64,000 bases of DNA from the NCBI GenBank assembly GCA_963768985.1, contig CAVYJZ010000001.1, positions 87,002-151,001 on the forward strand, read 5' to 3'. Both the position numbers and the translations under genes were made by a program. Under the pieces are notes generated by a model. The model worked only from the letters and a program-made list of their open reading frames with translations. It did not search any database and was not told the DNA's origin. Of the stretch, positions 44,493-53,830 are shown in pieces (the stretch's first letter is position 1; the number at the start of each line of letters is the position of its first letter). The DNA comes from an uncultured delta proteobacterium (lineage in GTDB: Bacteria > Myxococcota_A > Polyangia > Polyangiales > Houyiibacteriaceae).

Positions 44493-45323
44493 ATGACGAC
44501 CCGACAGCTCACTGTAATCGGCGGTCATCCTACCGGACTCGCCGCAACGAACCGAAAAGATCGCTGGTGGGTGTCGCCGCTGGTGACGCTCGTCGTGCTC
44601 ACGCTCTTTTCGATCTATGTCACCTGGGCGGCGCTCCAGGGGGAGAACTACTACGCCAATCCCTATCTCAGCCCGCTCTACTCTCCGACGCTCTACACCG
44701 ATCCCTCGGTTCCAGGCGCAGCTCCGATCGCCCATGCCTGGCTCGGGGCTTGGCCTAGTTGGTGGCCCGCATTTTTGCCGGCTTCGCCCGCGCTTCTAAT
44801 TCTCTTCTTTCCAGGGGTGTTCCGGTTCACTTGCTACTACTACCGCAAGGCCTACTACCGAGCGTTCACCGGGTCGCCTCCGGCGTGCGCGGTAAACCCG
44901 GTTACCCGCCGACACTACCGGGGTGAGACCGCCTGGCTCCTCTTTCAGAACCTCCACCGCTACGCGCTCTATTTCGCGGTCGCGTACATCTTCATCCTCT
45001 ACTACGACGCGTTCATTTCTCTGTTCCGAAACGGGCAATTCGGGATTGGCGTCGGCACGGTCGTGCTCTTCCTCAATGCGACGTTTCTGGGTGGGTACAC
45101 CTTTGGATGCCATGCGTTTCGGCACCTCGTGGGCGGCGGGTTCGATTGCATGTCCTGCGGTCAGGAGACCGTGCGGTACGGCGCCTGGAAGCGAGTGAGC
45201 TGGCTCAATGCACGGCACAACCGATTCGCTTGGACGAGCCTCGTCTGGGTCGGGTTCACCGACGTGTACGTGCGATTGGTTGCGATGGGCGTAATCACCG
45301 ACTTGAACACTTGGACGAATTAG
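44493..45323 (+). CDS. Succinate dehydrogenase/fumarate reductase membrane-anchor subunit (mycobacterial Sdh1-anchor-like?)
   Basis: About 5 hydrophobic helices, located directly upstream of sdhA/sdhB. Motif 'GCHAFRHLVGGGFDCMSCG'. ATG at 44493. Confidence 0.7.
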   Translation: MTTRQLTVIGGHPTGLAATNRKDRWWVSPLVTLVVLTLFSIYVTWAALQGENYYANPYLSPLYSPTLYTDPSVPGAAPIAHAWLGAWPSWWPAFLPASPALLILFFPGVFRFTCYYYRKAYYRAFTGSPPACAVNPVTRRHYRGETAWLLFQNLHRYALYFAVAYIFILYYDAFISLFRNGQFGIGVGTVVLFLNATFLGGYTFGCHAFRHLVGGGFDCMSCGQETVRYGAWKRVSWLNARHNRFAWTSLVWVGFTDVYVRLVAMGVITDLNTWTN

Positions 45324-45329
45324 AGATCG

Positions 45330-47162
45330 ATGAACGTCAGCGAGATCCAAACCTTCGAACACGACGTGCTGGTCATCGGTGCGGGTGGTGCAGGCCTCCG
45401 CGCCGCGATCGAGTGCAGCGCGCATGGGCTGAACACGGGCGTCATCTCGAAAAGCCTCCTCGGCAAGGCCCATACGGTCATGGCGGAGGGAGGCATGGCC
45501 GCCTCGCTCGGGAACGTGGACCGACGGGATAACTGGAAAATTCACTTCCGCGACACGATGCGGGGTGGGAAGTTCTTGAATCAGTGGCGAATGGCGGAGC
45601 TGCACGCCAAGCAGGCGCCTGAACGGGTTCGCGAGCTCGAAGAGTGGGGCGCGGTCTTCGATCGAACCCCCGATGGCTTGATCAATCAGCGTAATTTCGG
45701 TGGTCATCGCTACCCGCGGCTTGCACATGTCGGCGACCGTACTGGGCTCGAGCTCATTCGCACGCTGCAGGATCACGGAGTTCATCAGGGCATCCACTTT
45801 CACATGGAATGCACAGCGCTTCGATTGCTCTTAGACGCTGGGCGGGTTGCCGGCGTCGCCGCGTACTGGCGTGACACCGGCAGATTCGTCTTGTTCCGGA
45901 CCCCTACGGTGATCATGGCGACCGGAGGGGGCGGCAAAGGCTGGAAGGTGACCAGCAACTCGTGGGAGTACACCGGCGACGGTGCGGCGCTGGCGTACGA
46001 AGCGGGTGCCGAGCTGATGGATCTGGAGTTCACTCAATTTCACCCGACCGGCATGGTATGGCCCCCCTCGGTCCGCGGGACGCTGGTGACCGAAGGAGTT
46101 CGCGGCGACGGGGGCATCTTGCTCAACAACAAGGGCGAGCGCTTCATGTTCAACTACATTCCGAAGCGCTTTGCATCGGAAACCGCGGACACGATCATCG
46201 AAGCCGACAAGTGGCCTGAAGACCCGAGCGCACGACGGCCGCCTGAGCTCCTCACGCGCGATGTGGTCGCGCGAGCGATTCGCGCGGAGGTGCAGGCCGG
46301 GCGAGGCTCGCCACATGGTGGAGCGTTCCTCGACATTGCGTCCCGCCGGCCAGCCGACGTGATCAGGCGCAAGCTGCCCTCGATGTACCACCAGTTCAAA
46401 GAGCTGGCAGAGGTCGACATCACGACGACGCCGATGGAAGTCGGTCCAACGCTTCACTACTTCATGGGCGGGATTCGCGTTGATCCGGACACGCAGCAGA
46501 CGAACATTCCAGGTCTCTTCGCATGCGGTGAATGTGCGGCGGGTTTGCACGGAGCGAATCGTCTCGGGGGAAACTCGCTTTCCGATCTCATCGTCTTTGG
46601 GCGCCTCGCCGGCCTAGGGGCCGTCGCCTACCTGTCCGAGCTGAGCTCGACGACACCCCGCGCCGACGATATGCAGATCACGGCCGCTTTCAGGGAGGCG
46701 ACGGACATCTTGAACCGCGAATCGGGAGAGAATCCCTACCTCATGCACGAGGCGCTCGAAGAGGTGATGAGCAGCAACGTCGGCATCGTACGAACGGGGG
46801 AAGATCTCGAGATTGCAGTCGAACAGCTCGGCGTGCTGAAGCAACGAGCGCAAAATCTCAAGGCCCCCGGGACGAGCCAGTACAATCCTGGTTGGCACGA
46901 GGCGCTCTCGGTGAAGTCCCTTCTGATCGTTGGCGAAGCGGTGGCGCGAGCCGCCCATCTGCGCGAAGAGAGCCGTGGCGCACACACGCGTCTCGACTTC
47001 GAGGGTGAGCGCGACGAGTGCGCGCGCTTCAACATCGTCGCCAAGAAAGGGCCCAATGGTGAAATGCAAGTCGAGAAGGTGGAACGCGCCGATCCGCCCA
47101 AAGAGCTCGCGGCGATCGCCTATGCGACGCTCGAACAGCTCGAAGGAGGCCAGGTAGCATGA
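45330..47162 (+). CDS. sdhA: Succinate dehydrogenase/fumarate reductase flavoprotein subunit
   Basis: 'VIGAGGAGLRAA', 'KAHTVMAEGG', 'HYFMGGI', 'ESRGAHTR'. Confidence 0.95.
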   Translation: MNVSEIQTFEHDVLVIGAGGAGLRAAIECSAHGLNTGVISKSLLGKAHTVMAEGGMAASLGNVDRRDNWKIHFRDTMRGGKFLNQWRMAELHAKQAPERVRELEEWGAVFDRTPDGLINQRNFGGHRYPRLAHVGDRTGLELIRTLQDHGVHQGIHFHMECTALRLLLDAGRVAGVAAYWRDTGRFVLFRTPTVIMATGGGGKGWKVTSNSWEYTGDGAALAYEAGAELMDLEFTQFHPTGMVWPPSVRGTLVTEGVRGDGGILLNNKGERFMFNYIPKRFASETADTIIEADKWPEDPSARRPPELLTRDVVARAIRAEVQAGRGSPHGGAFLDIASRRPADVIRRKLPSMYHQFKELAEVDITTTPMEVGPTLHYFMGGIRVDPDTQQTNIPGLFACGECAAGLHGANRLGGNSLSDLIVFGRLAGLGAVAYLSELSSTTPRADDMQITAAFREATDILNRESGENPYLMHEALEEVMSSNVGIVRTGEDLEIAVEQLGVLKQRAQNLKAPGTSQYNPGWHEALSVKSLLIVGEAVARAAHLREESRGAHTRLDFEGERDECARFNIVAKKGPNGEMQVEKVERADPPKELAAIAYATLEQLEGGQVA

Positions 47163-47938
47163 GCAAGCGGACCTTCAAGATTTGGCGAGGCAACGCAAAT
47201 GGTGGCGAGTTCAATCAATACGACACCGACGTCGATGAAGGCATGGTGGTTCTCGACGTCTTGCATCGAATTCAGGCCCTCCAGGCAAACGATTTGGCCA
47301 TTCGTTGGAACTGCAAGGCAGGAAAATGCGGCTCGTGCAGCATGGAAATCAATGGGCGCCCAAGGCTCGCCTGCATGACGCGCATGAACAGCTTCGCTCC
47401 CGATGAAGTGATCGAGGTGCAGCCTCTCAAAGCGTTCCCCGTCATCAAGGATCTCGCCTGCGACGTGTCGTGGAATTACGAGCAAAACAAGAGAATTGCA
47501 CCGTTCAAGCCCAAGCCGCGCGGCCGCGATGGCGAGCACCGAATGTACCAGCAAGACGTCGACAGGGTTCAGGAATTTCGGAAGTGCATCGAGTGCTTCC
47601 TCTGCCAAGACGTTTGCCATGTCGTACGTGATCGCGACCGGAAGGATGCCTTCGTCGGCCCGCGCTTCATGATTCGGCTCGCGAGCTTGGAGATGCATCC
47701 ACTCGATGACGACGACCGCGTTCCAGAGATCAGGAAAGAGTACGGTTCCGGGATGTGCAACATCACCCGGTGCTGCACCGAAACGTGCCCCGAGCACATC
47801 AACATCACCGATAATGGGATCATACCTCTCAAAGAGCGGGTCGTGGATCGCTACTACGACCCGTTGGCCCGCTTGGCACGACTGTTTGCTGGGCGTAAAG
47901 TGCGAACGAAAACACACGCGGAGGAGCAGTCGCGATGA
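47159..47938 (+). CDS. sdhB: Succinate dehydrogenase/fumarate reductase iron-sulfur subunit
   Basis: 'CKAGKCGSCSMEING', 'CIECFLCQDVC', 'CTRCCTETCP'. Confidence 0.93.
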   Translation: MSKRTFKIWRGNANGGEFNQYDTDVDEGMVVLDVLHRIQALQANDLAIRWNCKAGKCGSCSMEINGRPRLACMTRMNSFAPDEVIEVQPLKAFPVIKDLACDVSWNYEQNKRIAPFKPKPRGRDGEHRMYQQDVDRVQEFRKCIECFLCQDVCHVVRDRDRKDAFVGPRFMIRLASLEMHPLDDDDRVPEIRKEYGSGMCNITRCCTETCPEHINITDNGIIPLKERVVDRYYDPLARLARLFAGRKVRTKTHAEEQSR

Positions 47939-48438
47939 CAGAGCGCTTCGTTCTCAAACGCATTTCGGCCGACGCGGTCGAACGCTCGGTCGAGCGGGCC
48001 GCCCACTATCGCCTACTCAACGACCCGGAGCAGGCTGAAAGCATTTGTCTCGACATCTTGGCGGTGGAGCCGAAAAACGAGGGAGCGCGCATTACCCTGA
48101 TCTTGTCGCTGACCGACCAGTTTCGGACGAGCGGTGGCTCTCACGGGGTCCGTCGTGCGAAGGAGCAAGTCGCCAGTCTCCCGAGCGAGTACGAGCGCGC
48201 CTACTATTCGGGCCTCGTGGCGGAGCGTCAGGGCCGCGCGCATCTGCTGCATGGCGGCATGGAGCGAACCTTTGCGTACGAGGGGCTTCACGAAGCGATG
48301 GAGCACTACGAACGGGCGGACGCGCTCAAACCCGCCGGGGTGGATGACGCGATCCTGAGGTGGAACGCCTGTGCGCGAACCATCCTGCGAGAGAACCTCC
48401 AACCACGTCGTCACGAGCCCGAGCTGCCACTCGAATAG
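47935..48438 (+). CDS. Hypothetical soluble helical protein translationally coupled to sdhB
   Basis: The ATGA overlaps the sdhB stop. No TM segment and no recognised family. Confidence 0.55.
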   Translation: MTERFVLKRISADAVERSVERAAHYRLLNDPEQAESICLDILAVEPKNEGARITLILSLTDQFRTSGGSHGVRRAKEQVASLPSEYERAYYSGLVAERQGRAHLLHGGMERTFAYEGLHEAMEHYERADALKPAGVDDAILRWNACARTILRENLQPRRHEPELPLE

Positions 48439-48495
48439 CTTGGCAAGCCAGGGAAACGAAGAGAATCACGACGACTCCATCGGTTCACGAGGCCG

Positions 48496-51400
48496 TCAGT
48501 GGAAGTCCCGTGAGCGCTGGGATGCGGTCAGGGTGACGTCCGGCGTCCAAAGCGATTTGGCGATCAGGTGAACGACGCCGTCGGCTTTTTGAATCTCTCC
48601 CGTCACACCGAGTAGAGCCGCGGTTTTGGCGAGCGCGGCGTGACGGTCGAATACCTGTTTCCAGACGACCACGTTGACGAAACCAGTCTCATCCTCGAGC
48701 GTGAAGAAGGTGACGCCCGATGCAGTACCGGGACGCTGACGGCAGATCACCATGCCGACGTACTCGAGCTCGTCGCCATGCGCACGGCCGTGAACACAGG
48801 TCGCTTCGGGAATACCTCGTGAACGCAGGGCATGCCGAAGTCCTCGCATGGGGTGGCCTCGAGTGCTGTGATGGGTCGAACGATAGTCCCAAAGCACCTG
48901 ATCGTCGCGCGCCAACGATGCAAATGAAATCTGGCTCGAGGCAGGTTCTAGCGGCAACGAATCCCGCGCGAACCGCGAGAGGCTCCTCACTTGCCAGATC
49001 GCATTGCGCCGATTGACCCCAAAGCATTCGAACGCGCCGGCTTCGGCCAGTGCATGCAAAGCTTTCCTGTTGAGCCGCGTTTCTCGAACGAAAGTTGCGA
49101 GGTTCGGGGATGGCCGACCTGCGGACTCGATGCGTTCCCGCTCGACCACCCCGAGCCCTTTCACGTAACGCAGTCCCATTCTCACGGAAAACGAAGAGAC
49201 CCCCGCTCTTTCCAGGGTGCAATCCCATTGGCTCTTGTTGACGTCGATCGGTCTAATCTCCACGCCGTGCCGTTTGGCGTCTTCCACCAGGGTGGCTGGG
49301 GAGTAGAAGCCCATCGGCTGTGCATTGAGAATTGCGCAGGTGAACGCTTCGTGGTGGTGACATCGGAGCCAGGCGGTGACGTAGGCGAGCAATGCAAAGG
49401 ACGCTGCGTGACTTTCGGGAAAACCATACTCGCCGAAACCACGGATCTGTGAGAACACGCGCTCTGCAAAATTTTCCGGAATGCCTTGAGCGATCATCCG
49501 TGGGATCATGCGTGTTCGGTGCTTCTCGATCCGCCCTGACTTGCGCCATGCCGCCATGTCACGGCGTAGCTGATCGGCTTCGCCCGGTGTGTATCCGGCG
49601 GCTTCGACTGCAAGTTTCATGACTTGTTCTTGGAAGATCGGAACACCGAGCGTCTTTTTCAAGATGCGCTCGAGCTTCGGGTGCGGATATTCGACTTCTT
49701 CCTCACCTTTTCGTCGTCGCAAGTATGGGTGCACCATGTCGCCTTGAATCGGACCAGGACGTACGATTGCCACTTCGATCACCAAATCATAGAACGTGCG
49801 CGGCTGAAGCCGGGGAAGCATGGCCATCTGTGCGCGGCTCTCGATTTGAAAAACGCCGACTGTGTCACCTCTCGACACCATGTCGTACGTCGCTTTGTCC
49901 TCCGCTGGAACGGTTGCGATCTCGAAAGCCTCTCCCTCGTGCTCGCGCAGCAGATCGAAGGCATGATGAATGCAGGTGAGCGCTCCGAGGCCCAAGAGGT
50001 CGACCTTGAACAACGCGAGGTTGTCGACATCGTACTTGTCCCACTGGATCACAGTGCGCGCTTCCATGGTGGCCGGCTCGATCGGGACGATCTCGTCGAC
50101 AGGGCGATGGCCGAGTAAGAACCCGCCTGGATGGATCGACAAATGCCTAGGAAAATCGAGTATTTGAGAGGCTAGAGACCAGAGCAGATGGGTGGCGGGT
50201 GAATCCTCTTCGAGGCCCGCCTCTCGGAGGAGCTCGGGGTTGAGCACGTCGTCACGATGTCTGAGCAAGCGCGTGGCTGTCTCTAGGTCCGTTCGAGATA
50301 AGCCGAGCACCTTGCCTACGTCACGCACCGCAGAACGAATGCGGTAACGAATGATGTTGGCCACCATTGCGGCATGTCGGCGTCCGTACTTTTCATAGAC
50401 GTGCTGAATGACCTCTTCACGACGATCGTGCTCGATGTCGAGATCGATGTCGGGAGGCTCAGCGCGTTCGACGCTCAAGAAACGCTCGAACAACAAGTCC
50501 ATGCGAACTGGGTCGATCGCCGTGATGCCCAAACAGAAACACACCGCACTGTTGGCAGCGCTACCACGTCCTTGGCACAAGATGTCATGCTGACGACAGT
50601 ATTGGACGATCTCATACATCGTCAGGAAGTAGCCTCCATAGTCGAGCTTGCGAATGATCTGAAGCTCGCGTTCAATTTGCATGCGAACATCCACGGGAAT
50701 TTTGCCTTGGTAACGCGCGCGAGCGCCCTGGAACGTGAGCTCGTGCAGCCATTTTTGCTCAGTTCGTCCGGACGGAAGCTGCTCCTCTGGGTACCGATAA
50801 CGAAGATCGTCGAGATTGAAGTCACATTGTTCGGTGATGGCAATCGTGCGATCGATACATTCGGGATCGTCCGCAAAGAGGTGGGTGAATTCGCCGATGG
50901 GTTTGAGGTCGTGCTCCGCGTTCACACGGATCGTGTGGCCTGCGTCCGAGATCACTTTTCCTCCACGAATACAGGACAAAACGTCTTGTAACGGCCGTCG
51001 AAGCCTGTCGTGATAGAGTACTTGATTGGCCCCTACCGTCTGCACGGCGAGGGCTTTTGCTGCAGATCGCAGAGCTCTCTCTCGTGGCCATTCACAGTCG
51101 GACAGATGACGCGCACAAAGGGCGAACAAAGACGAAGACCCTTGGCTCTCGTACAGTACACGTAGTGACTCAGGCGTCGTGCAAAGTAAGAACAAATCGC
51201 GTGCCTGTTCGAGGTCTCCGACTTTGACGAGGGCAGCACCCTTCTCACAACGAGAGTGGCCAATCGACAACGCTCTGCACAAATCGGCATAACCACGTCG
51301 ACTTTTGGCGAGCGCAACGACATGATGTGAGCTTCCTTCGATGTCGAGGGTGAGTTGCGCTCCAGTCACGATGCGTATTCCGAGCTCCTTGGCGCGCATG

Positions 51401-51555
51401 TGAGCTCGCACTAGGCCATACACTCCGTCGCGATCGGTAATTGCAATTGCGGGAATACCGAGAGCATGTGCGCGCTCGACCAACTCTTCCGGAAAGGACG
51501 CACCCTCCAAAAAACTGTGATTGCTCTTGACCCACAATGGAACGTAAGTGCCCAT
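48496..51555 (-). CDS. dnaE2: Error-prone DNA polymerase (DnaE2/ImuC)
   Basis: PHP N-terminus 'LWVKSNHSFLEGAS...ITDRDGVYG' and a Pol III alpha core. It lies downstream of imuA and imuB. Confidence 0.95.
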   Translation of the reverse strand: MGTYVPLWVKSNHSFLEGASFPEELVERAHALGIPAIAITDRDGVYGLVRAHMRAKELGIRIVTGAQLTLDIEGSSHHVVALAKSRRGYADLCRALSIGHSRCEKGAALVKVGDLEQARDLFLLCTTPESLRVLYESQGSSSLFALCARHLSDCEWPRERALRSAAKALAVQTVGANQVLYHDRLRRPLQDVLSCIRGGKVISDAGHTIRVNAEHDLKPIGEFTHLFADDPECIDRTIAITEQCDFNLDDLRYRYPEEQLPSGRTEQKWLHELTFQGARARYQGKIPVDVRMQIERELQIIRKLDYGGYFLTMYEIVQYCRQHDILCQGRGSAANSAVCFCLGITAIDPVRMDLLFERFLSVERAEPPDIDLDIEHDRREEVIQHVYEKYGRRHAAMVANIIRYRIRSAVRDVGKVLGLSRTDLETATRLLRHRDDVLNPELLREAGLEEDSPATHLLWSLASQILDFPRHLSIHPGGFLLGHRPVDEIVPIEPATMEARTVIQWDKYDVDNLALFKVDLLGLGALTCIHHAFDLLREHEGEAFEIATVPAEDKATYDMVSRGDTVGVFQIESRAQMAMLPRLQPRTFYDLVIEVAIVRPGPIQGDMVHPYLRRRKGEEEVEYPHPKLERILKKTLGVPIFQEQVMKLAVEAAGYTPGEADQLRRDMAAWRKSGRIEKHRTRMIPRMIAQGIPENFAERVFSQIRGFGEYGFPESHAASFALLAYVTAWLRCHHHEAFTCAILNAQPMGFYSPATLVEDAKRHGVEIRPIDVNKSQWDCTLERAGVSSFSVRMGLRYVKGLGVVERERIESAGRPSPNLATFVRETRLNRKALHALAEAGAFECFGVNRRNAIWQVRSLSRFARDSLPLEPASSQISFASLARDDQVLWDYRSTHHSTRGHPMRGLRHALRSRGIPEATCVHGRAHGDELEYVGMVICRQRPGTASGVTFFTLEDETGFVNVVVWKQVFDRHAALAKTAALLGVTGEIQKADGVVHLIAKSLWTPDVTLTASQRSRDFH

Positions 51556-53037
51556 TCAATCGAGCACCCCTTGCAAGAACCAGCGTTTTCGTGGGCGATC
51601 GTAGAAGAGCCAGAGCAGGTCACCATGATCGGTTTCGGCGTAGTAATAGTCGCGTTCGACGAGACGCTTCCACCAACCGCCACTCACGCGATACGGGCCG
51701 TACATGTGCTCGATTACGTGGTCCTTCGCCAGCGAGGGGCCGGCTTCAGGATCTCTCGGCTTGCGGGGACGCAGCGGCTTTGGACGCGCATAAACACTTC
51801 GAATCATGGAAGAAACAGGAGGTGCATCAGTGCGGGCGCCAGCCCGAGCGTCGTGGAGGGGCTCCCACCGAAAGGAAGCTTCCGGCAAATGCGCCTGGCG
51901 CACTCGAGCTTTCGTCACCGAGTGCGTGCCGTACGCCGCGCGGATCCGAGCAAGCGCTCGATTCGCAGCGCTGATGTCGTAACGAGGTTGATGGCCGGGG
52001 AGTGCAACCTGCTCTGCGTGTGCGTTCACCGTGCTCGCAAGAAGCACCACTTCCTCGACAGCGCCTTGCAATCGCGTTTCGCCGAGCCGAAGACGAATGA
52101 GCTCGAGCAAAGACATCAAATCCAACGTTGGTGAAGCAGGGTCGATGCGCTCCTGGTGAAGAGAGGCGCGCTCCAAGTGAAGTGAAATCTCCAGAGATTG
52201 AATCGCCTCGCCGCGTGCACGTACTTGATGAAGCAACGAGTGCAGAGCACCCTTGATCGCGAAGAGCAATCGGCTTTGATCTTCGTCGGGCGGCTCGATC
52301 TGGAAAGAGATGCACACTGGTTCGTCGAAGACATGTGGCTGAATGGGGAGTTGCATGTCTTCAGCAAACGAATCGCGAAGCGCGCTTGCCCGCGATCCAA
52401 AACGGCTGTGCAGCTCGCCTGCAGGAACGAGGAGGAAATCGCCCAACGATTCGATACCCAATGCCACCAAGCTTTCACAAAGCTCACCAGGCAAATCGAA
52501 TTCACGAAGAGGTGTCTTGTTCGACAATTCGCGTTCTTCGTCGGCGTCCTGCAGGACGGTAACACCGCTGTGCGTCATCGCGATCGCGAGCGCTCGATGG
52601 CGATGAAAGCCGACCGTCACCGAGTTGCGCCAATGTCGAGCTTGCAAGTACCGATGAATGGATGTCGCCCAATTGCGATGACCACCGTAGAGGCGGCGGA
52701 GGCCTTCAGGGTCGACGTGAAACGCGCCTGCGGGATCGATCGCTTCGACGCGGGGCGAGAACGTTTGAAGCGATGTAGTCAGCTCTCGACAGACTTCCGA
52801 TATTTCCCCGGTCGACACGACGGCAGTGTGTAGGTTCGGTGAGAGATCGCGCGCGACAGATTGACGCATGCCGATGTCGAGGCGGCTCTTTCGAGCAAGG
52901 GTATTGAGTTGCGTGATGCGTCCGCTAGGACCTTCGTCATCGACGACAGCGACAGGGACACCGTTCCAACGCGGCTTTTTTCGCAACAGAATCTGCAGTG
53001 GAAGCATCGGCAAAAGAACACAACTCACCCGCTCCAT
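51556..53037 (-). CDS. imuB: ImuB (Y-family polymerase-like, catalytically degenerate)
   Basis: Position between imuA and dnaE2, N-terminus 'VLLPMLPLQILLRK', and length. Confidence 0.85.
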   Translation of the reverse strand: MERVSCVLLPMLPLQILLRKKPRWNGVPVAVVDDEGPSGRITQLNTLARKSRLDIGMRQSVARDLSPNLHTAVVSTGEISEVCRELTTSLQTFSPRVEAIDPAGAFHVDPEGLRRLYGGHRNWATSIHRYLQARHWRNSVTVGFHRHRALAIAMTHSGVTVLQDADEERELSNKTPLREFDLPGELCESLVALGIESLGDFLLVPAGELHSRFGSRASALRDSFAEDMQLPIQPHVFDEPVCISFQIEPPDEDQSRLLFAIKGALHSLLHQVRARGEAIQSLEISLHLERASLHQERIDPASPTLDLMSLLELIRLRLGETRLQGAVEEVVLLASTVNAHAEQVALPGHQPRYDISAANRALARIRAAYGTHSVTKARVRQAHLPEASFRWEPLHDARAGARTDAPPVSSMIRSVYARPKPLRPRKPRDPEAGPSLAKDHVIEHMYGPYRVSGGWWKRLVERDYYYAETDHGDLLWLFYDRPRKRWFLQGVLD

Positions 53038-53666
53038 GACGCACCACCCAAACCCGCTGGAGCAAGAGGAGTCGTCGATGAAAGCTCGGCAGCGATGCCG
53101 ACTTTGTCTTTGAGAACATGCATGTGAACTTCGAAGCGATCGGCGCGAAGAGGGCCGCGTCGAGCTTCGACACGCAAGCCTACCAACGGACCGGAGGAAG
53201 GATCGTCGTGCGAGTTAGAGGTGAGGAGGAGAATGCGGCCGTCGTATTGACGTAACAGAGCTCGAAGACGGCCTTGCCAATTGACGGAAGAGCCGGGAGG
53301 CAGTGCGTCGGTGAGATCGACGACCGTCAACCCAAAGGCTCCGGAACGGGCAAGCCACTCGGCGGCACGAACCAATGCGAACGGACCAGCATGACGTGGC
53401 ACGTGAACTACGATCAATGAATCGAGATCGACCCCCGCAGCGCCGAGGTCTGGGGGGAACAACGCGCCGTCTTTGGGCTGAACCCAAGCGACGAGCTCAG
53501 CCTGCGCTTGCGCTTCGATCACGCACGACACCGCTGTCGTCGTCCGTGCACATGCATGCCGCCCCGATATCTCGACCAACTGAGCTCGAGGTAACAGCTT
53601 TGCCAACGGCAGAGCTTTCGCTCCAACCCGCTGCTCCTCGATCTGGATGACGGTCCCAAAAGGCAT
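53025..53666 (-). CDS. imuA: ImuA (RecA/SulA-like) component of the mutagenesis cassette
   Basis: 'LVEISG...', a RecA-fold-like core without an obvious P-loop, and a 13-nt overlap with imuB. I prefer the ATG at 53666 over the TTG at 53690. Confidence 0.75.
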   Translation of the reverse strand: MPFGTVIQIEEQRVGAKALPLAKLLPRAQLVEISGRHACARTTTAVSCVIEAQAQAELVAWVQPKDGALFPPDLGAAGVDLDSLIVVHVPRHAGPFALVRAAEWLARSGAFGLTVVDLTDALPPGSSVNWQGRLRALLRQYDGRILLLTSNSHDDPSSGPLVGLRVEARRGPLRADRFEVHMHVLKDKVGIAAELSSTTPLAPAGLGGASWSG

Positions 53667-53682
53667 GGGACCACCCAATATA

Positions 53683-53698
53683 CTGAACAAAAAACCAG
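53683..53698. promoter_or_regulatory. CTG-N10-CAG palindrome; candidate LexA (SOS) operator of imuA-imuB-dnaE2
   Basis: In gene orientation it reads CTGGTTTTTTGTTCAG, 17 nt upstream of the imuA ATG. It shares the CT..........GTTCAG frame of the reported Myxococcus LexA box. Confidence 0.4.
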
Positions 53699-53830
53699 TT
53701 ACAAGAGGGACACGCTCTACCCAGCTAACCCATTGAAAACAAAAGGGAAATAAAAGAAAAATCGCAACGGTGACTCATTCAGAAAAAGCAGGGAACCGTG
53801 ATCATCCCGGAAGCGAGTCGTTGCGATCCT

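Noticed and set aside
44796-47917. Minus-strand ORFs 44796..45803 (335 aa), 45831..46550 and 47120..47917 (265 aa) within the sdh operon.
   Set aside because: They are antisense to genes with clear FAD and Fe-S motifs and have no domains of their own.
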